Below are positions 35,545 through 44,235 of a DNA stretch of 60,256 bases, in pieces. Made by a program: the position numbers and the translations under genes. How positions within the stretch are numbered: position 1 is the stretch's first letter; the number at the start of each line of letters is the position of its first letter. This stretch comes from Planctomyces sp. (GTDB lineage: Bacteria; Planctomycetota; Planctomycetia; Planctomycetales; Planctomycetaceae). Where the stretch lies: contig SXXK01000385.1 of NCBI GenBank assembly GCA_005791255.1, positions 1-60,256 on the forward strand, read 5' to 3'. Below the pieces are notes generated by a model that saw only the letters and a list, made by a program, of their open reading frames with translations, searched no databases and had not been told where the DNA came from.

Positions 35545-36048
35545 CCGGGCGGCGCGTGCAGCTCGATCGATCTTCGCTGCAGCTCGGCGGGTCACGAGGC
35601 TGCGCCAGAAAAACAAGGCCAGCAATGCGGGTTTCGGAAACAGCATGCGCGACCAAATCCCGCGCCAGCCGGTATGATGCTCAAATTCAATGTGCTCATG
35701 CACTTCACTGGTGTTCGCATCAATCGCCGTAAAGCGATGCGTGTGCTCCCAACGCTTCATCGGCCCGGCCACCTGAACGTCGGTAAAGCCCGCGCGACTG
35801 ACATTTTTGTGTTCGGCTCGCCAGTGTACCGGGACAGGTCCCATCCACATGGTGAAGTCTCCGATGGAACCTTCGGCCAGCGGATCAAACCGATGTACCT
35901 GCAGCAGCATCAGCGGCGGTGACAGCGATTTCAGAATTCCTGTCTGGAAATGAAAATCCGCCACGGCATCAACCGTGGCGGGAACCTGAAATCGGTAGTC
36001 GAAGACTGGCACGGCAATTCTCGGCACGGACATTTCTGCAGTCGGCAC
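35524..36048 (-). CDS. SRPBCC (START/cyclase-dehydrase-like) superfamily protein
   Basis: Size and pattern (FQVPATVDAVADFHF..., MKRWEHTHRF...) fit the SRPBCC fold. The 3' end overlaps the convergent kinase-like gene by 21 nt. Confidence 0.65.
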   Translation of the reverse strand: MPTAEMSVPRIAVPVFDYRFQVPATVDAVADFHFQTGILKSLSPPLMLLQVHRFDPLAEGSIGDFTMWMGPVPVHWRAEHKNVSRAGFTDVQVAGPMKRWEHTHRFTAIDANTSEVHEHIEFEHHTGWRGIWSRMLFPKPALLALFFWRSLVTRRAAAKIDRAARAARSASREH

Positions 36049-36098
36049 TCACGCTGTCCTGTTGTAGACCGATTTGCCGGGCAGGCGAGCGACAGTCT

Positions 36099-37178
36099 TC
36101 AGAAGGGTTCCACCAGTGATACCGTGGCTGCCGTCGTGGGGGCGCCGCCGGGCATGGAGCTGAAGGCCGGATCCGGTACGGGCGAAGCTGTGGCCGGTGC
36201 CGGCTGCGGTGTCCCCGGGGTCATGGGCATCGTCACGGTACCAGGCAGCATGGTTCCGGCATCACCATTCATGATGATCTGGCCGTTCTGAGGCATCATG
36301 GCGGATGCATTGGTCGGGGCCGGTCCGGAGGTCACGACCCACGGCGTCGGCGACGGCTGCCACCCGGATCCGGAACCCTGCGGGAACGGCAGCATGGCAC
36401 TGCGCGAACCCGGCGGACCGGCAGCAGGTCCGAACTGGCCTGCTCCGTTCGGCATGCCAAAGGCCATCTGCTGACGCGGGATTTCACCAGGGTGCATACC
36501 GCGACCCATCGCCGTGGCGCCCATTGCTGTCGAGGCTCCTGCTGACTGAGAAGCGTTGGCCAGTCGTGCATGAATGTCGGGCTGGTTCCAGTCTGACCGC
36601 AGCGACTGCTGATACATCGTGACGGCCATTTCCGGCTGACCGATGTCCTGATAATGCTGACCCAGATGAGCGAGTGCAGTGGAATTGCCGGGGTTGATCT
36701 GCAGAGCTTTCTGCAGGGCCTGTCCACTTTCCTGATGATTACCCAGTTCCCGCTGCAGCCACGCCAGCTCAATCTGTGGCTCCGGGTTGTACGGCTGCGA
36801 GCTGGCCCACGTGCTCAGCATGGCGGTAGCTTCCTGACCGCGATTCTGTGCCACCATCAGCTCCGCCAGACCATGATAGGCCGGCTGGTGCGAGGGCTGC
36901 ACGGTCAGAGCCTGGCGGTACAGCTGCTCGGCACCCATGGCGTCGCCCGCCGTCATGCGGACTCGAGCCAGATTGGCCATGTAGTCCGGATTGTCAGGAT
37001 CACTGGCCAAAGCTCTTTGGAACTGTTCACCGGCAGCCATGTAGTTGCCGCGCTCGAAATAGCTCATGCCGCTCGAATTGGCCATGTTGCCACCCATCGA
37101 GGAACAGCCGGCAAGCAGGGCGGACACTGTCAGCAGTGAAAGTCCGCGAATGATCTGCGGCAGCGGAAGACTGACCAT
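36099..37178 (-). CDS. TPR-repeat lipoprotein with Gly/Pro/Met-rich C-terminal tail
   Basis: The ATG at 37178 gives MVSLPLPQIIRGLSLLTVSALLAGC, which contains a lipobox. There are 5-6 TPR units (YFERGNYMAAGEQFQRALASDP..., YRQALTVQP...). Confidence 0.8.
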   Translation of the reverse strand: MVSLPLPQIIRGLSLLTVSALLAGCSSMGGNMANSSGMSYFERGNYMAAGEQFQRALASDPDNPDYMANLARVRMTAGDAMGAEQLYRQALTVQPSHQPAYHGLAELMVAQNRGQEATAMLSTWASSQPYNPEPQIELAWLQRELGNHQESGQALQKALQINPGNSTALAHLGQHYQDIGQPEMAVTMYQQSLRSDWNQPDIHARLANASQSAGASTAMGATAMGRGMHPGEIPRQQMAFGMPNGAGQFGPAAGPPGSRSAMLPFPQGSGSGWQPSPTPWVVTSGPAPTNASAMMPQNGQIIMNGDAGTMLPGTVTMPMTPGTPQPAPATASPVPDPAFSSMPGGAPTTAATVSLVEPF

Positions 37179-37606
37179 AACTGTGGGTCCTGAGAAACAG
37201 CAGATGAGAGACAGGAGAGAAAGGAGAGAACTTGAGGAGAGATGCGAAACATATTGCGAATTCCCGAAAGTCAGCAACGGCGATTCCCCGGAATTCGTCG
37301 GCGATGATCCCTGCAGCAGCCGTCACACCGGCAAAAACTGCCGATCCAGGCTGCTGCCTGCATCGCCAGAGGCAGAATCCGCCGTTTCAGTTCGCGGATT
37401 TGGGGCGTGCACTCGCCCGCAGATCGGTTTTCTGCGTTTGGCCTCAAGTTTGCGCAAGCCACTGAGCTGTTTTGAGTGGGAGCAATGGGAGGTCTGGGAG
37501 ATCTGAGTTGACTGTGGGCTCTTCGCTGATTTTGGCGGTGTTTGCGATGCTGCCGGGTGGCACAGGACGTCTGCACCCGTATTGTGCGGCGGTCGATACA
37601 AACCAC

Positions 37607-37954
37607 ATGCGACTCACAGACGGACAATCCGCGGAATTTGAGCAGCAGTGCCTGACGGTGCTGAGCTGCTATCACTCGCGTGAGGCCGCGGTGAAGGTGG
37701 CTGATCCGGAGTACTCTGGCTGGGTCGATCGGATCATGGAGGCTGGCGAAATGGATCGTGCGGCCCTCACGGCTGTGCACGGTCACCTGATCGCTCTGGG
37801 CCTGATCCGCATTGAATTCTCCGGTCGCGCCCGCGGACTGCAGTACCAGGTGAGCCCTGCCGGACGAGACGCCGTGGCACGTGGCAGCCTGCAGGCCCCG
37901 GAAGACAACCGCGGCTCTGAGGTTGCGGACCGTGATGTTGCGGCAGCTGCCTGA
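37607..37954 (+). CDS. Hypothetical small protein upstream of the cpaF-like gene (possible winged-helix fold)
   Basis: Internal ATG at 37607 (MRLTDGQSAEFEQQ...). Same strand as the tad genes. No motif that I can name. Confidence 0.45.
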   Translation: MRLTDGQSAEFEQQCLTVLSCYHSREAAVKVADPEYSGWVDRIMEAGEMDRAALTAVHGHLIALGLIRIEFSGRARGLQYQVSPAGRDAVARGSLQAPEDNRGSEVADRDVAAAA

Positions 37955-38039
37955 TCAGGTTGCAGTGGATACGCCGGTTCTGCTGACGGCTCTGCAGTCT
38001 TTGCTGGAAACGATTGTGCGGGCAGTGTGAATTGCGGTG

Positions 38040-38055
38040 TGTCTTCGCGAAGACA
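38040..38055. promoter_or_regulatory. Perfect 16-bp palindrome TGTCTTCGCGAAGACA
   Basis: Read directly from the sequence. It lies 95 nt upstream of the cpaF-like start codon. Confidence 0.3.
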
Positions 38056-38149
38056 ACGAACGATATCAGCATTACTCCGTGGGCTGCTGCGCGCAGATTT
38101 TGGGCAGATCCACGGCTGTTGCGACTTGTAGACATCCTGAGGACCGGCC

Positions 38150-39472
38150 ATGGTGACCATCGCGGACGGATCGAGTTCCGGCAGTACGGATCTGATCCGA
38201 CTGAAAACGGATCTGCATCGGCAGATCATTGATCTGGTGGATTTCAGCAAGGCGGAAGCCCTGACTGAAGCCGAGCTGCGTGCGCAGTTGAAGGCGCTGG
38301 CGGAATATCTCTGTTCGCGACAGCCCATTGCATTGTCCGAGCAGCAGCGGGAAAAGCTGGTGCTGGATCTGATGGACGAAATCTACGGATTCGGCCCCAT
38401 TGAGTCGCTGATGGTCGATCCCACAGTGTCGGATATTCTGATCAACGGACCGGGGCGAGTGCTGGTCGAGCGTCGCGGGGTGCTGGAAGAGACAAACGTG
38501 CGGTTTGCCGATTCTGCGCACCTGATGCAGTTCATTCATCGGCTGGTGGGTCGAGCCGGTCGTCGAATTGACGAATCCAGCCCGATGGTCGACGCGCGAC
38601 TGCCCGACGGCTCCCGATTCAACGCGGTCATCCCCCCGCTGGCACTGGGTGGCCCGACAGTCTCAATTCGACGGTTCGGCAATCGCCGTATCCAGATGGA
38701 AGACCTGGTGCAGTTCGGCACGATGGCACCCGCGATGGCCGACTTTTTGGTGCTGGCTGTGCAGGGACGCATGAACGTGATTGTCAGCGGTGGTACCGGT
38801 GCCGGCAAAACGACACTGCTGAACTGTATGAGCCGATACATCTCCGACTCCCAGCGCGTCGTGACCATTGAGGAAACGGCCGAACTCAATCTGCAGCAGC
38901 GTGACGTTGTGGCACTGGAAACCCGACTTCCCAACCTGGAAGGTCGTGGTGCGGTGACTCAGCGGGACCTGCTGCGAAATGCACTGCGAATGCGACCTGA
39001 CCGGATCATCGTCGGCGAAGCGCGAGGTGCGGAAGTACTGGAAATGCTGCAGGCCATGAACACGGGGCACGACGGTTCCATGAGTACCGTGCACGCCAAT
39101 GATGCCCGGGAAACACTGGACCGACTGGAACTGATGATCGCGCTGGCTGGTGTGGAACTGCCGTCCCGAATCGCGCGGCAGTATATCTGCAACGCGGTTG
39201 ATATCGTGATTCATGTGACGCGTCTGCACACCGGGGAACGTCGCGTGACCCGCGTATCTGAGGTGTCCGGTCTGAAGGACGGTGAGTGGCGGATGGATGA
39301 CATCTTCGTCTATCGACTCAGCGGTGAAATGCGGGGCGGACGACCGGCGGGTGCCTTCTTTGCCACCGGCTATCAGCCCGTGGCACTGCGACGACTGGCC
39401 CTCGCCGGGACCAACGTGGAACAGTACCGGCCGCTGTTTGAGCCTCGAGAACTGACGGCACCGAAAGCCTGA
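38150..39472 (+). CDS. cpaF: CpaF/TadA-family type II/IV secretion ATPase
   Basis: Walker [20 protein letters not shown], and Asp/His box region [13 protein letters not shown]. Confidence 0.95.
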   Translation: MVTIADGSSSGSTDLIRLKTDLHRQIIDLVDFSKAEALTEAELRAQLKALAEYLCSRQPIALSEQQREKLVLDLMDEIYGFGPIESLMVDPTVSDILINGPGRVLVERRGVLEETNVRFADSAHLMQFIHRLVGRAGRRIDESSPMVDARLPDGSRFNAVIPPLALGGPTVSIRRFGNRRIQMEDLVQFGTMAPAMADFLVLAVQGRMNVIVSGGTGAGKTTLLNCMSRYISDSQRVVTIEETAELNLQQRDVVALETRLPNLEGRGAVTQRDLLRNALRMRPDRIIVGEARGAEVLEMLQAMNTGHDGSMSTVHANDARETLDRLELMIALAGVELPSRIARQYICNAVDIVIHVTRLHTGERRVTRVSEVSGLKDGEWRMDDIFVYRLSGEMRGGRPAGAFFATGYQPVALRRLALAGTNVEQYRPLFEPRELTAPKA

Positions 39473-39506
39473 TGCGGCTGCTCGGAAGTTATACGAAGGA
39501 CGCCCC

Positions 39507-40367
39507 ATGATTGCTCCAAATCCCGAACTGCGTTCGATTCCGCGGGACGTCGCGTTCGCCGGACTGCTGAAGGAAGAGATCGGCTTCAGCGAGGGAACCG
39601 GTGGCACAGCGGACGCCGTGAACGGCTGGTTTGATTCCCTGATGCTGCAGTCCGGCATCCAGACGGCCCCTTCCGTCTGGCTGGGACTTTGCGTTCTCAG
39701 CGGGATTGCCAGCGGTGGACTGTTCTTTGTGCTGACTGATCGGTTGGTGATGAGTTCCGTCACCGCCGCACTCGGACTGCTGCTGCCAATCGTCTACGCA
39801 CTGGTGCTCAGGTCACGCAGGCAGGCACAGATCATGCAGCAACTGCCGCTGATGTCTGAGGAAATGGCCCGCTTTGCACGTACCGGTCGAAACGTCGAAC
39901 ATGCGTTCATGACGCTGGCCGCGGATACTCCCAGTCCCCTCGGAAATGAACTGCGAGTCAGTGCTCGCAGAATCGAAATGGGAATGGACGTGGGCTCTGC
40001 CTGTCGGGACCTGGTGTCGCGGACCGGAGTGACAACGCTCACAATGTTCACGGCAGCGCTGTCTGTCAATCAGGAAACCGGAGGGGATCTGATTCAGGTT
40101 CTGGAACGCCTTTCGACAGCCATCCGTGACAGGCTGCACTTCGTGGCGCGTCAGCGGGCTGCCACGATTTCCAGTCGACTTGGGTCGGTGATGATGATCA
40201 CGGTGCCCATTATTGTCATCGGATTTTATGTCGCCCGGGACCCCCAGTATCTGGATAAGCTGTTCGCATCGGGCTGGGGCCGATCGTCCTTCTGGACTGC
40301 TGTCGCACTGCAGGTGGTGGGCAGCCTGATAGTGTTTCGTATTCTGAGCCGCACGTCCCGTTTCTGA
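39507..40367 (+). CDS. tadB: Type II secretion system F-family protein (TadB-like)
   Basis: T2SSF-type topology and position directly after cpaF. Confidence 0.8.
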   Translation: MIAPNPELRSIPRDVAFAGLLKEEIGFSEGTGGTADAVNGWFDSLMLQSGIQTAPSVWLGLCVLSGIASGGLFFVLTDRLVMSSVTAALGLLLPIVYALVLRSRRQAQIMQQLPLMSEEMARFARTGRNVEHAFMTLAADTPSPLGNELRVSARRIEMGMDVGSACRDLVSRTGVTTLTMFTAALSVNQETGGDLIQVLERLSTAIRDRLHFVARQRAATISSRLGSVMMITVPIIVIGFYVARDPQYLDKLFASGWGRSSFWTAVALQVVGSLIVFRILSRTSRF

Positions 40368-40388
40368 TGATCTGCTGGAGATGCTGCT

Positions 40389-41372
40389 GTGGATTCTGAT
40401 CAGGGAAAAGGGCGGCAGACGACGTGGGGAAATCGTCGACTGTTTCATGAATTTCGCAGCATCGTGGCCGAAGAGCGACTTTCCATTCGCAATCCGGAGC
40501 CGGAAGAGCTGCCGATCGAGGAAGTTGATTACCTGTTCGGAGCCGCCACACCCGCACTGGCTCAGATGCTGCCTGAATCCGAATCCCGTCGGCTGACGCA
40601 GCGGAAAAACCTGACCGCTGCCGGTTATCAGTCCCGCGCGGCATGGCAGAATCTCAGTGCACTGCGTTTCATCATGGCCTTCTCATCACTGAGCCTGCTG
40701 GGCCTGTTGCTGATTATTGCCCCACCGGAAGCTGAGCCGATAGTTGTCGGTGGTCTGGTGATCGTCCCGCTGCTGATGTGGGCTCTGCCACCGCTGGTCG
40801 TGGCATCGCGAGCCAGTGAGCGTGTTCGTGATATCGAGATGGGTCTGCCAGACGTCCTTGACATGCTGAATATGTGTGTCAGCCAGGGGCTGACAGTCAT
40901 GCAGTCGCTCCGACGAATCTCTCGCGAAGTCAATGATGTGCATCCGTCACTGGGCGTCGAGCTGGGGATCGTGACAAGGCAGGCGGAAGTCAGTGACCTG
41001 TCTCATGCCCTGAAAGCTTTTGCCGCCAGAATTGAATCTCCGGAAGTAACCAGTTTCACCTCGCTGCTGGTGCAGTCCGACGTCACCGGGACAGCACTGT
41101 CGCGCGCCCTGACGGAGTACAGCGACAGTATCCGCGCGACACTGAAGGAACGCGCTGACACTCGAGCCAACTCGGCATCGTTCCAGTTGCTGTTTCCCGT
41201 GTCTCTGCTGCTGATGCCCGCAGTGTTTCTGTTCCTGCTTGGACCCGCCATCGTACAGATCTCAGAATTCTACGGCAGCCAGTCCAATCCGGTTGACCAG
41301 TCGCGACAGCAGTCTCTGCAGAGCCTGAATCGGCAAACCCCCAACGCCGGTAATGCCGCTGCGAATCAGTAA
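40389..41372 (+). CDS. tadC: Type II secretion system F-family protein (TadC-like)
   Basis: GTG start. T2SSF-like block MGLPDVLDMLNMCVSQGLT and C-terminal TM helices. Confidence 0.75.
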   Translation: MDSDQGKGRQTTWGNRRLFHEFRSIVAEERLSIRNPEPEELPIEEVDYLFGAATPALAQMLPESESRRLTQRKNLTAAGYQSRAAWQNLSALRFIMAFSSLSLLGLLLIIAPPEAEPIVVGGLVIVPLLMWALPPLVVASRASERVRDIEMGLPDVLDMLNMCVSQGLTVMQSLRRISREVNDVHPSLGVELGIVTRQAEVSDLSHALKAFAARIESPEVTSFTSLLVQSDVTGTALSRALTEYSDSIRATLKERADTRANSASFQLLFPVSLLLMPAVFLFLLGPAIVQISEFYGSQSNPVDQSRQQSLQSLNRQTPNAGNAAANQ

Positions 41373-41396
41373 CTTCGTTGAGGCGTGCCACTTGAG

Positions 41397-41414
41397 TGTT
41401 GCATTTCGGCAACA
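41397..41414. promoter_or_regulatory. TGTTGC-N6-GCAACA palindrome (copy 2 of 3)
   Basis: tgttgc atttcg gcaaca, 25 nt after the tadC-like stop. Confidence 0.3.
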
Positions 41415-41647
41415 TTCTGCAGCAGCTCCTGATCAGCGTCCCTCACAACGCCTGTCCAGATCCTCAAACATGTCTGAGCCCTCCCACGCGCACGTCGCCA
41501 GCGCTCAGGCTCGCTCTGACGTCACAGGATGGCCATGTTTGGGCCTCCTGAGCACGCGTGGTTACCGCATCAGCTTCGCGCAACCTGCTGCTGCCGCTTC
41601 ACGCACACCATTTGCATTACAGCAAACAGACCGCTGCTGCTCAGCGA

Positions 41648-41667
41648 ATGTTGCTTTTCTGCAACAT
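41648..41667. promoter_or_regulatory. ATGTTGC-N6-GCAACAT palindrome (copy 3 of 3)
   Basis: Perfect 7-bp arms, 68 nt upstream of the ABC ATPase start at 41735. Confidence 0.35.
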
Positions 41668-41734
41668 GTCAGCCACCCGGCAGGCTTTGGTCTGTCACGG
41701 GCGCAAGCCGCCCAGGAAGTTCGGTGGTGTGATT

Positions 41735-42802
41735 ATGGAAACTTCAAAGACCGGGGCAGAGCACCGTTGTGATGGACGGCAGTCCATGGCTGTGGTGCTT
41801 GAAAACGCAGAAAAACGCTTTGGACAGCGTACCGCAGTGGCCGGTATCAGCCTCAGTATCCCCGCTGGTTCATTGTGCGGATTCATCGGCCCCAACGGAT
41901 CCGGCAAGACCACGACCCTGCGAATGATCCTGCGGATCGTCAGACCTGATCGCGGTAAAGTGGTGGTGCTGGGAGCCGACAGTGGCGAGTGTGCCGATCA
42001 TCGCGTCGGTTACCTGCCTGAAGAACGCGGGCTGTACCGCCGCATGAAGGTTCGTGAACTGCTCAGGTACTACGCGGCTCTCAAGGACGTTCGCAATCCG
42101 GATCCTGAAATCACCCGCTGGCTCCGCAGGCTGCAGGCTGACGGCTGGGATCAGCGACGCATTGACGGACTGTCCAAAGGAATGTGTCAGAAGATTCAGT
42201 TCATCGCCGCCGTCATCGCTCGCCCTCGTCTGCTGATTCTTGATGAACCCTTCAGCGGGCTGGATCCGGTGAATCTGGAACTGCTGAGAGGTGCCATCGA
42301 GGAACTGCAGCAGCAGGGGACCACCATCATCCTCTCAACTCACGAAATGGAAACTGCCCAGCGGATGTGTGAACGGGTTGTGATGATCTATCGTGGTCGT
42401 AAAGTGCTGGACGGACCAGTGCAGCAGATTCTTGCCCAGTCCGGCAGCGGGGAATTGCGAGTTCGCACGGTGGGGGGCCGGCCCCTGCCAACTCTGCCGC
42501 CGGCAGTCGCTGCAGTCCGCCAGCAGGGGCAGTATCTGCAGCTGCTGCCGTCCGGTTCGCTCACAGCCGCGGAAGTTCTGCGGCAGCTGACGGCGGTAGT
42601 CGACCTCGAACATTTCGAAATTGTGCGACCATCGCTGCACGAGATCTTTCTGCGGCTGGTCGGCGATGACACCGCTGCTCTGCCAGCCCCGGTCATTGCA
42701 GAATCGGGTGGCCGGCAGGGCATTCGCCAGGGCACACTGATCGCCGCAGCATGGCAGTCAGTTCGCAGCGTCTTCAAGCCACTGATCAACACCGGCAACT
42801 AA
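41735..42802 (+). CDS. ABC transporter ATP-binding protein (NatA-like, ABC-2 exporter)
   Basis: ATG at 41735. Walker A GPNGSGKTT, signature LSKGMCQK, Walker B LLILDEPF. Confidence 0.9.
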   Translation: METSKTGAEHRCDGRQSMAVVLENAEKRFGQRTAVAGISLSIPAGSLCGFIGPNGSGKTTTLRMILRIVRPDRGKVVVLGADSGECADHRVGYLPEERGLYRRMKVRELLRYYAALKDVRNPDPEITRWLRRLQADGWDQRRIDGLSKGMCQKIQFIAAVIARPRLLILDEPFSGLDPVNLELLRGAIEELQQQGTTIILSTHEMETAQRMCERVVMIYRGRKVLDGPVQQILAQSGSGELRVRTVGGRPLPTLPPAVAAVRQQGQYLQLLPSGSLTAAEVLRQLTAVVDLEHFEIVRPSLHEIFLRLVGDDTAALPAPVIAESGGRQGIRQGTLIAAAWQSVRSVFKPLINTGN

Positions 42803-42835
42803 GTTCTTACAACGATGAATCCCGCGGTTTGACAT

Positions 42836-44221
42836 ATGCGAAAAACTTTGGTGATAGCATGGCGTGAGTATCGCGCTATGGTCGGAACTCGCGCTTTCCT
42901 CATCGGTATGGCCGTGATGCCGCTGCTGATGCTGGGAACCCTCTGTGTTCCGGCTGTGTTGTCGGGCCTGCAGCAGCCTGCAGTCCGGCGAATTGCGGTG
43001 ATCGATCAGACCGGTGTGCTGCTGCAACCCCTGCAGCAGGCCGCAGAACAGCGGAATCAGCAACTGTCGGAGGGACAACCGGAACTCAGCCAGTCCGGAC
43101 ACCACGACATGCTGGCAGTGCTGGGTATGCAGGATCGTCACCTGTATGAGTTTGAAGAGCTGCCGGCTGACGATTTTGATGATTCCGACAGGCTGCTGCT
43201 GTCCGAGCGAATTCGCTCAGGTACGCTGCATGCGTTTCTGGAGATACCTGGTTCTGTACTGCGGTCTGCCGGGCCGGTTGCCGGCACCGATGGTGCTGCC
43301 GAGTCGCTGATGTGGGTCTCGGAGGATGCCGCACTGTCGGACACCAGGCGGTGGTGCGAGCAACTGGTGGATGGGCTGCTGCTGCAGCACAGACTGGCTG
43401 ACAGTCTGCCGCCCGCCCTGTTGCCAGCCGTCATCAGTCAGTTGTCAGCACCCACGGGAATCGGCCCGGTCGGTCTGTACTACCGAGACGAAAACGGGCG
43501 GATTCAGCGAGGTACCCGGCAGACATCGCTGACAGCACTGGCCCTGCCGATCGGTGTGATGGCCATGATGTTCATGGCAATCCTGCTGTCCGTTCAGCCG
43601 ATGCTGGAAAGTGTGCTCGAGGAAAAGACGCTGCGAATCTCAGAAGTGTTGCTGGGATCGGTCAGTGCCACGCAGCTGATGACGGGCAAACTGGTCGGGA
43701 ACGCTGCTGGTGCCATGACCATCTTCGGGCTGTATGCCAGCGCGGCGGCAGTGGCGGTCTGGATGCAGGGTGCCGCCGACAGTATTCCCTGGTCCCTGCT
43801 GCCGTGGCTGCTGATGTTTCAGCTGCTGGCCGTACTGCTGTTCAGTTCTGTATTCATGTCGGTGGCAGCCTGCGTCAGTCAGATGCGGGAAGCACAGTGC
43901 CTGCTGATGCCGGTCTGGCTGGTTCTGACGCTGCCTCTGCTGCTGTGGTTCACAGTCATTCGGGAACCCAACGGGACGCTGGCCACAGTGGCCAGCTTTC
44001 TGCCCCCCGCCACACCACTGCTGATGGCCGTGCGAATGTGCTCAGGAGCCGTAATCCCGCTGTGGCAGTCTGTGCTGAGCCTGCTGCTGCTGCTGGCGGG
44101 TACAGGATTTGGAATTATGACCGCCAGCCGCCTGTATCGTGCGGGAATCCTGCGGCAGGGACAGGCGCCGGGGTTTTCAGAATTGCTGCTGCTGGCATGG
44201 CGCGGAGAAGCCGGGGGGTGA
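42836..44221 (+). CDS. ABC-2 type transporter permease (NatB-like)
   Basis: N-terminal TM helix, a large extracytoplasmic loop, then five C-terminal TM helices. It follows the ATPase gene. Confidence 0.8.
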   Translation: MRKTLVIAWREYRAMVGTRAFLIGMAVMPLLMLGTLCVPAVLSGLQQPAVRRIAVIDQTGVLLQPLQQAAEQRNQQLSEGQPELSQSGHHDMLAVLGMQDRHLYEFEELPADDFDDSDRLLLSERIRSGTLHAFLEIPGSVLRSAGPVAGTDGAAESLMWVSEDAALSDTRRWCEQLVDGLLLQHRLADSLPPALLPAVISQLSAPTGIGPVGLYYRDENGRIQRGTRQTSLTALALPIGVMAMMFMAILLSVQPMLESVLEEKTLRISEVLLGSVSATQLMTGKLVGNAAGAMTIFGLYASAAAVAVWMQGAADSIPWSLLPWLLMFQLLAVLLFSSVFMSVAACVSQMREAQCLLMPVWLVLTLPLLLWFTVIREPNGTLATVASFLPPATPLLMAVRMCSGAVIPLWQSVLSLLLLLAGTGFGIMTASRLYRAGILRQGQAPGFSELLLLAWRGEAGG

Positions 44222-44235
44222 ATCGGTCAGTGGCA

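Noticed and set aside
37870-37890. TGGCACG...TGCA (and TGGCAC at about 3037-3054) as possible sigma54 -24/-12 promoters
   Set aside because: The GG-to-GC spacing does not fit TGGCAC-N5-TTGC, and both sites are inside coding sequence.
38663-39763. 366-aa minus-strand ORF
   Set aside because: It is antisense to cpaF and tadB and has no motifs.
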